Positions 28,467 to 37,455 of a DNA stretch of 45,955 nt are shown here, piece by piece. The first letter of the stretch is position 1. Every line of letters begins with the position of its first letter. Both the position numbers and the translations under genes were made by a program. Location: the NCBI GenBank assembly GCA_964482155.1, contig CAYZWM010000003.1, forward strand, positions 1-45,955, given 5' to 3'. A model generated the notes under the pieces. The model searched no databases. It was not told the DNA's origin and worked only from the letters and a program-made list of their open reading frames with translations. The stretch is from an uncultured Chitinophagaceae bacterium. GTDB lineage: Bacteria; Bacteroidota; Bacteroidia; NS11-12g; UBA9320.

Positions 28467-29726
28467 ATGAAAAAATTACTGGCATTTCTGGGTTTCATAA
28501 CGGTTTTCTTAACGGCAAACGCCAACTATTTGATTATCCCCATGGACGAGACGCAAAACGACCATCTTAAAGCGTACGGCGTAGCGTTTTCGATTCTTGA
28601 ATTTGATAAAGAAGTAGAGTGGTTGCTGAATTACCGGGGTGGATCGTTTATGACGTATCATTTTGATGAATTCGAAAAATTGTGTTTGCTAAAAGGCGTT
28701 AGTTTCCAAACGATATCTGACTCAAGAGCACAAGCCATTCGCGATGAAATTGAAAACCCAGTGGTTAACGCCAGCATTGTTAAGTTGTTGTCCGTGCCCA
28801 AAATAGCGGTCTACTCCCCGACGTCTGCTCAACCCTGGGATGATGCCGTAACCATGGTATTGGAATACGCCGAAATCCCTTACGAGAAGGTGTTCGACGA
28901 TGAGGTACTTAACGGCGACCTGCCTTTATACGACTGGCTTCACTTACACCACGAAGATTTCACAGGCCAATACGGTAAGTTTTATGCCCATTACCGCAAC
29001 GCACCCTGGTACAAGGAGCAAGTTAAAGAAGCCGAAGACATGGCTGCAAAGCATGGCTTCGAAAAGGTATCCGAACTCAAATTGGCTGTGGTCAAAAAGA
29101 TTCGAGACTTTACTCTGGGTGGGGGCTTCCTGTTTGCCATGTGTTCTGCCACCGACAGTTATGACATTGCTTTAGCCGCTGATGGAGTTGACATCTGTGA
29201 AGAGATGTATGACGGAGATGCGGCAGATCCGAATGCACAATCCAAACTCGACTATGACAAGACTTTTGCCTTTAAAGGCATCCAACTCGAAACCAATCCA
29301 TACGTCTACGAGTATTCCAACATTGACGTCAACCCCAATGCGCGAGGTGTAACTGAAAAAACAGACGTATTTGTGTTGAACGAGTTTTCGGCTAAATGGG
29401 ATGTGGTGCCTACCATTTTAACTCAAAACCATGAGAAAGTGGTGAAGGGTTTTATGGGTCAAACCACCGCGTTTAAAAAAGACCTAGTTAAGAGCAGTGC
29501 AATTATAATGGGAGAGAATAAATCTCTAAATGAGGTTCGATATCTTCATGGATCGATGGGTAAAGGAACCTGGACATTTTATAGTGGTCACGACCCGGAA
29601 GATTACCGCCATTTGGTTAACGAGCCTCCAACTGATTTAGCCTTGCATCCAAATTCGCCTGGGTACAGACTTATTCTCAACAACATTCTGTTCCCTTCGG
29701 CTAAAAAGGAAAAACAGAAGACCTAA
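28467..29726 (+). CDS. Conserved secreted protein of unknown function
   Basis: Signal MKKLLAFLGFITVFLTANA, N-terminus YLIIPMDETQNDHLKAYGVAF, and motifs LHLHHEDFTGQYGKFY and FLFAMCSATDS. As I recall, this family is often auto-annotated 'asparagine synthetase B'. I have no direct functional evidence. Confidence 0.6.
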   Translation: MKKLLAFLGFITVFLTANANYLIIPMDETQNDHLKAYGVAFSILEFDKEVEWLLNYRGGSFMTYHFDEFEKLCLLKGVSFQTISDSRAQAIRDEIENPVVNASIVKLLSVPKIAVYSPTSAQPWDDAVTMVLEYAEIPYEKVFDDEVLNGDLPLYDWLHLHHEDFTGQYGKFYAHYRNAPWYKEQVKEAEDMAAKHGFEKVSELKLAVVKKIRDFTLGGGFLFAMCSATDSYDIALAADGVDICEEMYDGDAADPNAQSKLDYDKTFAFKGIQLETNPYVYEYSNIDVNPNARGVTEKTDVFVLNEFSAKWDVVPTILTQNHEKVVKGFMGQTTAFKKDLVKSSAIIMGENKSLNEVRYLHGSMGKGTWTFYSGHDPEDYRHLVNEPPTDLALHPNSPGYRLILNNILFPSAKKEKQKT

Positions 29727-29735
29727 TTCTCGCCT

Positions 29736-30827
29736 TTATTTCTTGATAAATCGTCCGACATATTTTTGTCGATCATGTGAAATAACGAAGCTATACATAC
29801 CTGTGGTTAGATTGTGGCAATCGATCCAATCGCCTGTCATATGTTGTTCTATAACCTTGGCTCCAGTTGAATTAAAAACTTGTATGAGCTCTCCTTTTAG
29901 ATATCCATCAAATTCGATGGTAAAACCATCTTCTACTGGATTTGGATAGACCTTCAATAGTTTCTGGATGTCTCGAACCGAACCGTTTATTACGTTTAAG
30001 GTCATCACCTGAGTACACGAATCATTCAACTCGTTAACTGCCGTTAACTTCACAAGAACCGTTGAATGCCTGGCCATTGAAACATCAATGGTTGGGTTCT
30101 TATTTGTCGTTGACGTATCTCCAACTTCCCATAGGAAGGATTTCATATTAATATTGTTCGGAGAAAGACTCAATTTTCGCGTGGACACGTCGTACTCCAT
30201 GGTAAAGTCCATGCACGGAGTTGGATGGACCACAATCTGCAGTACTTTATCAACAAATGGACAAACATTTCCTGCAAAACCGTCTGTAGAAGCATAAATC
30301 AGGTAAGGTTTAATACTATCGTATTGGGTAATATCATAAAAAGCCGTCTTGGGATCATTTGGGTTACTGACCTGCCCTCCAAACAAAGGCATCCAAGTCA
30401 TTCCAGTGGAATTGGTGTATGTCGCCGATAACTGGATACTCATATTCTTTACCCACGTTACAGATGTGTCGTTATTGACGGTAAGTAGTTGCCTTCCATG
30501 AACTTCGACTAAAACGGAGTCTTTCCCTGAGCACCCTGAACTTGTACAGGTATAAAAAATATAAAACGGCGTGTTGTAGTTCGTGACCTGAGAAGGTGAA
30601 AATGTACTGCCGTTTACCGCTCCGGATAGGTTGCACGACCAAATTCCTCCTGCAACATCTGCTTGTAAAAGGATGTCAGCATTTAATTCACATATCTGGT
30701 AAGGTTCTGAGAGGCTACTGATCTGAAGGTTTGTATGATTTATTTTAACCGCAGCTTGAGCACTGACCATGGAGATGATCATTGAGCAGAATAAAACCAG
30801 TTTGGCTGTATTGGATGGACGAGGCAT
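29736..30827 (-). CDS. T9SS type A sorting-domain protein, a stand-alone paralogue of the C-terminal third of the neighbouring giant protein
   Basis: Own signal peptide (LVLFCSMIISMVSAQA). C-terminal domain KVYPNPVEDGFTIEFDG...GMYSFVISHDRQKYVGRFIKK. Collinear with residues ~1095-1430 of ORF 30919-35211. Confidence 0.82.
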   Translation of the reverse strand: MPRPSNTAKLVLFCSMIISMVSAQAAVKINHTNLQISSLSEPYQICELNADILLQADVAGGIWSCNLSGAVNGSTFSPSQVTNYNTPFYIFYTCTSSGCSGKDSVLVEVHGRQLLTVNNDTSVTWVKNMSIQLSATYTNSTGMTWMPLFGGQVSNPNDPKTAFYDITQYDSIKPYLIYASTDGFAGNVCPFVDKVLQIVVHPTPCMDFTMEYDVSTRKLSLSPNNINMKSFLWEVGDTSTTNKNPTIDVSMARHSTVLVKLTAVNELNDSCTQVMTLNVINGSVRDIQKLLKVYPNPVEDGFTIEFDGYLKGELIQVFNSTGAKVIEQHMTGDWIDCHNLTTGMYSFVISHDRQKYVGRFIKK

Positions 30828-31926
30828 ATATTCAAATATACTGATTTCAACTGGTCATAAATCAAACACTGGCAATGGTTACAAGCCAATGACAGCACTT
30901 ACCCAATTTTGGTACGGTCTATTTCTTTACAAACCGTCCAACATACGTTTGTCGATCATGGTGAATAACGAAGGTATATACACCTGTTGTTAAGTTTTGG
31001 CAATCAACCCACTTGGTTGTCATTTGCCGATCCATTACCCTGGCTCCTGATGTATTGAAGATTTGAATAATGTCTCCTTTAAGGTAACCGTCAAACTCAA
31101 TGGCAAATCCATTTCCAACCGGATTTGGGTAGATCTTCAATTGCTTTTGGAGATCTTTAACCGAACCCGTAATTACATTTAGTCTCATCACCTGAACGCA
31201 CGAGTCGCCCAATTCATTAAACGCCGTAAGTTTTACAGGTATGATCGAGTCTTTTGCATTTGACACGTCGAATGTCGGATTAACATCTGTACTGGCTGTG
31301 TCTTCAACTTCCCAACGAAATGACTTCATATTTAGGTTACCAGGCGTAAGTTTCAACTTCCGACTAGAAACGACATAATCCATATCAAATTCCATACATG
31401 GAGTGGGATGGACAAAAATCTGCATGGTTTTATTCGCATATGGACAAACGGCACCAGCTCCCTGATTCGTTGATGCGTACAACAAATAGCGAATAATGCT
31501 GTCGGACTTCCCCGTAGCCGAAAACGTCGTATTGGGGCTTCGGTCGTTGCTCACCTGACCTCCAGTTAAGGGCACCCAGGTCACACCCGTTGAATTGGCG
31601 TACGTGGCCGACACATCAATACTCCAATTGGGTGTCCAAGTAATTGCTGTATCTGGACTCAGGATTATGGTTTGTCGCTGGTGAATTTCCACTTGCACAG
31701 AATCCAACCCCTGACATCCATAAATGTCAACATATGCGTAATGGATGTAAAATGGGTTATTAGTTGTTACGTTACCCGGGGTAAACGTAGATCCAGATAA
31801 CGCATTTGAATTATCAGAATACCAGGTTCCTCCTGAATAATTTGCTGTTAACAAAATATCCGAATTAAATTCACACAACTGGTAAGGCTCTGACATCGAA
31901 TTTACTTGAAGATCTGTATGATTAAT
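29736..31926 (-). repeat. Tandem paralogous duplication: two ~1008-nt coding units (29736-30743 and 30919-31926)
   Basis: The protein segments from INHT[ND]LQ to the C-terminus align without large gaps and are identical at roughly half or more of positions by eye. Nucleotide similarity is visible at the 3' ends. Confidence 0.75.
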
Positions 31927-34900
31927 CAGCGGAACAGGTATACCACGTATGGTTAAGGTCGTATCTCGAAATGCTGGACATCCCGATTGATTGTGGAAGT
32001 ATCTCATCATATAGGTAAAGTTACTTCCCTCAGCGGGTTTAGGCGTCAATAAGGTATTTAAGGTATCGCCGTTAAAGGTGTCTCCCTTTATCACATTGTT
32101 AATACCCGAATGGCTCGCATATCCTGTTGAGTCAATCGCTTTCCATATACCATCGTTTGGCGTCACATTACTGAGTACTTTTAGATCCACTATGCCAGCG
32201 TTCCAACACAAGTCTGGGAATGCATTGAAGTTGACTTTTGGCACCTTGCCAATGCCTATCTTAGCTGTGTCGCGGTTGTAGCAACCAAACACACTTCTAA
32301 ATTCAAACTCGATGGTAATAACTGCCGTTGTTTTGGTCCCTAGAGGAATCGCCTTGGTGTCAATATTAAGCACAAAGTCTTGTGGAGTTCCAGGAACTCC
32401 TGTACCTAAATCCTCAATGATATCACTTTCTTTAAAGGTTCCACAATCGATACATTTCCACGCTTGACGACCCAGGGCAAGTGTTCCTCCACCAGGCAGT
32501 ACAATAATCTTGTCTGTCTTAAGGTTAACAACCTCTTTATCCTGACAGAAGTATCCGTCTCTCAACTTCACTCTTGGCAATGGATTAATTTTCAATTCAA
32601 ATGAATCGAGTTTAACGCAGCCTGTCGATGTGTCCGTAAATTCATAATGAATTTGATAAATCTTGGTCCCTATTGATGCCTCGGACGAGTCCAGAACGAT
32701 TATGTAACCATTGATAACCAATGACGGTTTGGCTGGACATGACCACCAACCTCCAGAAGCGTTTGAATCTTCACCAAGTCTAAGATTGACATTACCTGCG
32801 TCAAAACACACCACCATATCGTTAGGCATTCTTACTACCGGCAATGCATTGACGGTTACGCTCACCGTATCCGAATCATAACAGGTGGTCTTTCCTTCGG
32901 TAACAAACAAATCCAACTGAAACGTCGTACTGGATTGAATCGAATAGGTAAGCGTGTCACTTAACCCCATATTTATCTTTTTGGTCTTATCTGTAATATC
33001 CCACCATCGATACGTTCCTGTTTTGGAATTGCCCACGGTATCCAAACCCGTCGCAATTAACTTCACATTGTCGTTCCAACACAGTACTAAATCGCCGCTG
33101 ACATTCGCTTTTACCGTATCGTTAATCGCCAAAACCATGCTGTCGCTTGCCATACATCCCAAACTGTCGGTGACGGTAATCGTATATTTTCCCGGCGTAT
33201 GAACTCCCAACAATTCCTCTTTTTCGCTTAGTAATTTCCCGTCTAAATACCATTTTTTATAAAGCGTATCGCCCTGTGAAACAGTCGTTTTAGCCGTATC
33301 CCTTGGATCATCCCAACGGGCTAAGCTATCGGTGGGCACCAAATGAATGGTGTCGTATGTGCAGATTCGTTTATCACTGGTAATAGAGACAAATGGGTTG
33401 TCTCTTAAGAACACAAGAGCACTATCGTTCGCCTTGCATTGAGTCTGATCGGTGATGGTGACATAAAAAACGGAGTCAGTTACCCCTGTGGGCATGGTTA
33501 TGTTCATGCTGCTTGTGGTATCCCCTGTTCTCCATTGATATGAAATCGGTTTTACTCCATTGATCACCGTTGCCGTTAGTGTTAATGTCGAACCTGCACA
33601 TACAAAGGTGTCTGATCCGTCAATTAAGTTAACTTCCAATAATGGAGGAACGACAATCGTATCAATAGTTGCCGTCGGGCACTTTGGACCGTTATCAATG
33701 GTATGTTCGAGAAGATATGTTCCACCTTTTCGAAACTGTAGTGTGTCGTATTGTTTACTGCTTATAAACGCTCCTGTACTTTCGATATACCCATAAGTTT
33801 TATCAAAAAGAATGACGCCTGAGGTGTCTTTAAGTCGCCACATATAACGCGCTGGTTTTGTTAAATTAGAATCCGGTATACTCTGTATCGCATATCGACC
33901 ACAACCTAACGAATCAACTCGTGTCTTTGCTTTAGCCGCTGGATTAACTTTAACCTGAAACGTCCTACTTGCCACTGCATTTCTAGGACAGTTGTTATCT
34001 CGGGTGGTCACCGTAAACCGGTAGGGCAACGCTCGAGCCTGACCGATAGATGGTGTCCAACAAAACCGAGCTGATTGATTCAATACGGTATCGCTTAACA
34101 CATCAAAACTTGCCCCGGGGATACCCCCATCCCACGAAATATCTGAGGTATCAGCGTCAGGTGTTGGTAGCGGTGGTGGTGGTTTGCGGACTTTATCTTC
34201 CGTTGTAATTGTAAAACAGAGTGTAGAACCTTCGCAAACGGTTTTATTAAACGGCCCTTTAATGACTGGTGGATTGTTAGAATTACAAGTAGTCACGTTA
34301 TACGTTAAGTCTCTTCGAACCCTACCTATGGGTTGTTGTTTCCCTTTGGAATCCTTCCTCCATTCTGTAATTTCCAACACAAAAGCGACCACTTCGCCAC
34401 ACTTGGTGGGTGTAAAAATCAAGTCTCCAGTTTCCGGATCAAGGTAGAGTCCGATGGGTGGATTTGAATTCGGGTTGGTATAGGGGTACTTAAGCGTTCC
34501 CGGGTAGTAAACTGTAATGGGCGGATTGGAGGTTGTAACCGTTTTGGTCCAACTCGATTTTGGTTTAACCAAACCAAATGACAACGAGTCGAAATCAAGG
34601 GTATCGATACCGCCAATACTGTGAAACATGTTTTGATTACAACACAATTGCAGAACGGGATCCGTAGTGAATATGGGCGAAGAGTTAAACGGTGCTGTGC
34701 CTAAATCGAGGGTAGCATAATTGTAAGACGTTGTGCTGGCAGCTCCATTTGTGATGCTCGAACTACGACAACATTGACCTGTTTCAAACCGAATTTGTGT
34801 ACAGCCGGACGAAAGTAAGGAATCGTATTTGGCGATTCTAAAATCAATGGTATCCCGGTAAATAATCCGTTCGATTCCTGTACCACTTTTCGCTTTATTT

Positions 34901-35211
34901 ATGGAATCACATAGGCCGTTTGAGAAGGTGTCACACGCGGCACGAATCTCCGTAACTGACACCAATCTTAAGTTTACAGACTTTGATTTTCCGGATGTCG
35001 AACAGACCACAAAGGTTCCGCTGCTTGGATTACCGAATGAATTGCCTCCACATTCGCGGTAGGCAACCACGGTTAATTCAAACGTAAGTGTATCAATGTT
35101 GCGGTAGGTAATTTCCGTACCGTTGAGGTGAGCGGCTTTACTGCTAAATTGAAATGCAAGCAAACAAATAAATGGCAGCACAAATCTGATGGTTTTTGGC
35201 GTAAGGGTCAT
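30919..35211 (-). CDS. Giant (1430 aa) adhesin-like surface protein with a T9SS type A C-terminal sorting domain
   Basis: Signal peptide. N-terminal module AAHLNGTEITYRNIDTLTFELTVVAYRECGG, typical of large Cytophaga/Flavobacteria-type surface proteins. Many Ig-like, Cys-containing repeats. C-terminal domain KIYPNPVGNGFAIEFDG...GVYTFVIHHDRQTYVGRFVKK. Confidence 0.85.
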   Translation of the reverse strand: MTLTPKTIRFVLPFICLLAFQFSSKAAHLNGTEITYRNIDTLTFELTVVAYRECGGNSFGNPSSGTFVVCSTSGKSKSVNLRLVSVTEIRAACDTFSNGLCDSINKAKSGTGIERIIYRDTIDFRIAKYDSLLSSGCTQIRFETGQCCRSSSITNGAASTTSYNYATLDLGTAPFNSSPIFTTDPVLQLCCNQNMFHSIGGIDTLDFDSLSFGLVKPKSSWTKTVTTSNPPITVYYPGTLKYPYTNPNSNPPIGLYLDPETGDLIFTPTKCGEVVAFVLEITEWRKDSKGKQQPIGRVRRDLTYNVTTCNSNNPPVIKGPFNKTVCEGSTLCFTITTEDKVRKPPPPLPTPDADTSDISWDGGIPGASFDVLSDTVLNQSARFCWTPSIGQARALPYRFTVTTRDNNCPRNAVASRTFQVKVNPAAKAKTRVDSLGCGRYAIQSIPDSNLTKPARYMWRLKDTSGVILFDKTYGYIESTGAFISSKQYDTLQFRKGGTYLLEHTIDNGPKCPTATIDTIVVPPLLEVNLIDGSDTFVCAGSTLTLTATVINGVKPISYQWRTGDTTSSMNITMPTGVTDSVFYVTITDQTQCKANDSALVFLRDNPFVSITSDKRICTYDTIHLVPTDSLARWDDPRDTAKTTVSQGDTLYKKWYLDGKLLSEKEELLGVHTPGKYTITVTDSLGCMASDSMVLAINDTVKANVSGDLVLCWNDNVKLIATGLDTVGNSKTGTYRWWDITDKTKKINMGLSDTLTYSIQSSTTFQLDLFVTEGKTTCYDSDTVSVTVNALPVVRMPNDMVVCFDAGNVNLRLGEDSNASGGWWSCPAKPSLVINGYIIVLDSSEASIGTKIYQIHYEFTDTSTGCVKLDSFELKINPLPRVKLRDGYFCQDKEVVNLKTDKIIVLPGGGTLALGRQAWKCIDCGTFKESDIIEDLGTGVPGTPQDFVLNIDTKAIPLGTKTTAVITIEFEFRSVFGCYNRDTAKIGIGKVPKVNFNAFPDLCWNAGIVDLKVLSNVTPNDGIWKAIDSTGYASHSGINNVIKGDTFNGDTLNTLLTPKPAEGSNFTYMMRYFHNQSGCPAFRDTTLTIRGIPVPLINHTDLQVNSMSEPYQLCEFNSDILLTANYSGGTWYSDNSNALSGSTFTPGNVTTNNPFYIHYAYVDIYGCQGLDSVQVEIHQRQTIILSPDTAITWTPNWSIDVSATYANSTGVTWVPLTGGQVSNDRSPNTTFSATGKSDSIIRYLLYASTNQGAGAVCPYANKTMQIFVHPTPCMEFDMDYVVSSRKLKLTPGNLNMKSFRWEVEDTASTDVNPTFDVSNAKDSIIPVKLTAFNELGDSCVQVMRLNVITGSVKDLQKQLKIYPNPVGNGFAIEFDGYLKGDIIQIFNTSGARVMDRQMTTKWVDCQNLTTGVYTFVIHHDRQTYVGRFVKK

Positions 35212-35332
35212 AGTATCAAATTTACATTTTTACGATCGTTTAGTAATAACCCTAATGGGGTCTTTACACCCTAATGACGTCACAACAATGTCAGACGTTG
35301 CACGGCTAAAATAGTAAGTTCATAAAAGTTGA

Positions 35333-35403
35333 TCCCTTCAAGGTGCGTCTGTTTATGGATATTGGATCGGAACCGGTAGTGGTTTGTATGTATACACACT
35401 GTA
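35333..35403 (+). pseudogene. Relic 3' end of a third copy of the tandem lipoprotein gene
   Basis: Reads SLQGASVYGYWIGTGSGLYVYTL*. This matches the C-termini ...RLWIGTGLGMYVYTP* and ...LWLGTKKGLYFYRPY*. It is followed by the same spacer that separates copies 1 and 2. An in-frame stop lies immediately upstream. Confidence 0.55.
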
Positions 35404-35485
35404 AAATTTAAGGAAACAACGGGGTGACCACATGGTTCTCACTGGTTTCCTAATGAAAAATCATCATATTTGTTAACCACCTAAC

Positions 35486-36421
35486 ATGCCATCGATCAAA
35501 AAACATCTTCTGGTAATTGCGATCATCCTCCTGTTTACAATGTGTAAAAAGGATGTCGTACGTATTGATTACGACCGCGCTGGTAGCCTTCAATTGATTT
35601 TTGATCGAGGAGACATTATTGATCTAGCCGTTGCCTATAGTGTTGTTTGCTTTACAAAAGAAGGTACCCAATTGGTTGCTTTTGATCGATTTGATTCAAC
35701 ATTTACGTTTAAGTCTGAGTTCAATTCTGGCGTAAGAGGTATTACCAATATTGAAAAACTAAACCACAATCAGGTATTGGTTGGAATTGAAGGTTTTGGC
35801 ATTTATGCATATACTACGCCTGACGATTACGTTCGATATGGTGATATTGGAGATCTTAGATTTTTCAACAACGCAAGGCAGTTCTGTGTAGCCCAAGGCC
35901 CCCGATTACTGTATAAAAACCAATGGGGTAGTTACTACCTATTGCCTGTGGCACTCCCCCCAAATACAACGCAAACCTTGACAAGCATGGTTACTCAGCA
36001 CAATATTATGTGGATTGGAACGGCAGATACAGGAGTCGTTGCCTATACCTCTTCTGGACAAGAAAGTAGATTCCACGCGGATCAAAACTACATAGCAGAT
36101 GACTCAATTAAGGCACTTGCCTTTGACAAATCAGATAATCTCTGGGTTCTAAGCAGAACAGGTCTTGCTGTAAAACGGGCTAGTGAATGGTTGATATATT
36201 CCAATCCGGATGAGGTTCGGAATAATGCAATGACCTTTGTCGGAGATCAAATATTGATAGCAACAGACAAGGGTGTTTATCGATTAAAAAACGATTCCAT
36301 TCAGCCATATGAAGATCTTAATCAACTCTTACCTATACTTTCTGTCAATGTGGTTGAACCAGACGAACAGGGTAGACTCTGGATCGGGACCGGTCTTGGT
36401 ATGTATGTTTACACACCTTAA
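35486..36421 (+). CDS. Lipoprotein with beta-propeller-like (two-component regulator propeller / Reg_prop-like) repeats, copy 1
   Basis: Lipobox ILLFTMC. Motifs ADDSIKALAFDKSDNLWVLSRTGLAV and GRLWIGTGLGMYVY. Confidence 0.8.
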   Translation: MPSIKKHLLVIAIILLFTMCKKDVVRIDYDRAGSLQLIFDRGDIIDLAVAYSVVCFTKEGTQLVAFDRFDSTFTFKSEFNSGVRGITNIEKLNHNQVLVGIEGFGIYAYTTPDDYVRYGDIGDLRFFNNARQFCVAQGPRLLYKNQWGSYYLLPVALPPNTTQTLTSMVTQHNIMWIGTADTGVVAYTSSGQESRFHADQNYIADDSIKALAFDKSDNLWVLSRTGLAVKRASEWLIYSNPDEVRNNAMTFVGDQILIATDKGVYRLKNDSIQPYEDLNQLLPILSVNVVEPDEQGRLWIGTGLGMYVYTP

Positions 36422-36501
36422 AATTTGTAGAAACGAAGGGGTAACCGGCTGGTTCAGGTGGTTTACTAATGGAAAATCGTCATATTTGTCAAACACACTA
36501 C

Positions 36502-37434
36502 ATGCCATCGATCAAAAGACATCTTCCGGTAATTGCCATCATCCTGTTGTTTTCAACGTGTAAAAAGGATGTCGTACGTATTGACTACGACCGTGCTGGC
36601 AGCCTCCAATTGATCTTTGATCGAGGTGATATTCAACACATTGGGGCAACGGAACACATGTGTTATTTCTCCAAACGGCAAACTGAACTTGTGTCCTACG
36701 AAGTGTGGGATTCGAGTTTTACTTATTTTAATTCGTTAAACTCCGACTTTGGCGACATCGTACAAATAGAACCATACAACGATTCAACGGTGTTGATTGG
36801 CGACAGCAAACGGGGAATCCGATATTTTAACAAAGGCAAGATCTACACGTATCGAGCGATGGGTGGCCTGTCCAATTTCAACCAATCGTGCGACCAGGTG
36901 GTCGTTAGTTTCGACCGAATCAGTTATGCCGCATCTTCTTTCAACCAATTTTTTTCTTTAGGCAAAGTTTTTACTGGTACGGATGGTATCACTGCTGCTA
37001 CAGCCTGCAGCGATTCCGTTTGGATCGGGACTGTTGGTGGGGGTGTTATTCAATATCATACCACAAGATATTATCGACGGTACACGACAGAAAGCACGAA
37101 CCTGGCAGATGACTCGATAAAAGATATCCAAATCGAAAATTCAAATCTGTGGGTTCTAAGCAAAACCGGATTATCAAAAAAAGACGGCAATGATTTCATT
37201 ACATACTCTATCCCTAATGGTGTGGTGGCACAAGAAATGTGTTTTGCTAGAGGTCATATTTTCATAACGACTAATCGAGGCATTTATCATCTTAAAAATG
37301 ACCAGGTCGTCCCGTACGATTTCATTAACGATTTATTACCTGATCCGACCCAAATCACGACCATGGCTGCGGACCCGTTGGGGCAATTGTGGCTAGGCAC
37401 AAAAAAAGGCCTGTATTTCTACAGACCCTATTAA
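36502..37434 (+). CDS. Lipoprotein with beta-propeller-like repeats, copy 2
   Basis: MPSIKRHLPVIAIILLFSTCKKDVVRIDYDRAGSLQLIFDRGDI is nearly identical to the copy 1 N-terminus. ADDSIKDIQIENSNLWVLSKTGLS. The ATG at 36502 is preferred over 36469. Confidence 0.8.
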   Translation: MPSIKRHLPVIAIILLFSTCKKDVVRIDYDRAGSLQLIFDRGDIQHIGATEHMCYFSKRQTELVSYEVWDSSFTYFNSLNSDFGDIVQIEPYNDSTVLIGDSKRGIRYFNKGKIYTYRAMGGLSNFNQSCDQVVVSFDRISYAASSFNQFFSLGKVFTGTDGITAATACSDSVWIGTVGGGVIQYHTTRYYRRYTTESTNLADDSIKDIQIENSNLWVLSKTGLSKKDGNDFITYSIPNGVVAQEMCFARGHIFITTNRGIYHLKNDQVVPYDFINDLLPDPTQITTMAADPLGQLWLGTKKGLYFYRPY

Positions 37435-37455
37435 TTTTAATGAATGGAAAGGTTC

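Larger units (their letters stand above)
35333..37434 (+). repeat. Tandem array: relic, then spacer+gene 1, then spacer+gene 2 (unit ~1 kb)
   Basis: The spacers 35404-35485 and 36422-36501 are clearly homologous. Both include a cATATTTG -7-like box (35465-35472 and 36481-36488). Confidence 0.7.

Noticed and set aside
35217-35224. A perfect TAAATTTG (TAnnTTTG) on the minus strand just upstream of the giant adhesin gene.
   Set aside because: It ends only 5 nt from the ATG, which would imply an essentially leaderless mRNA. It is possible, but too uncertain to call as the promoter.
35260-35285. Direct repeat ACCCTAATG x2 and a TGACGTCA palindrome in the divergent adhesin/lipoprotein intergenic region.
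   Set aside because: The motifs are short enough to occur by chance. No cognate regulator is evident and there is no second occurrence elsewhere in the window.
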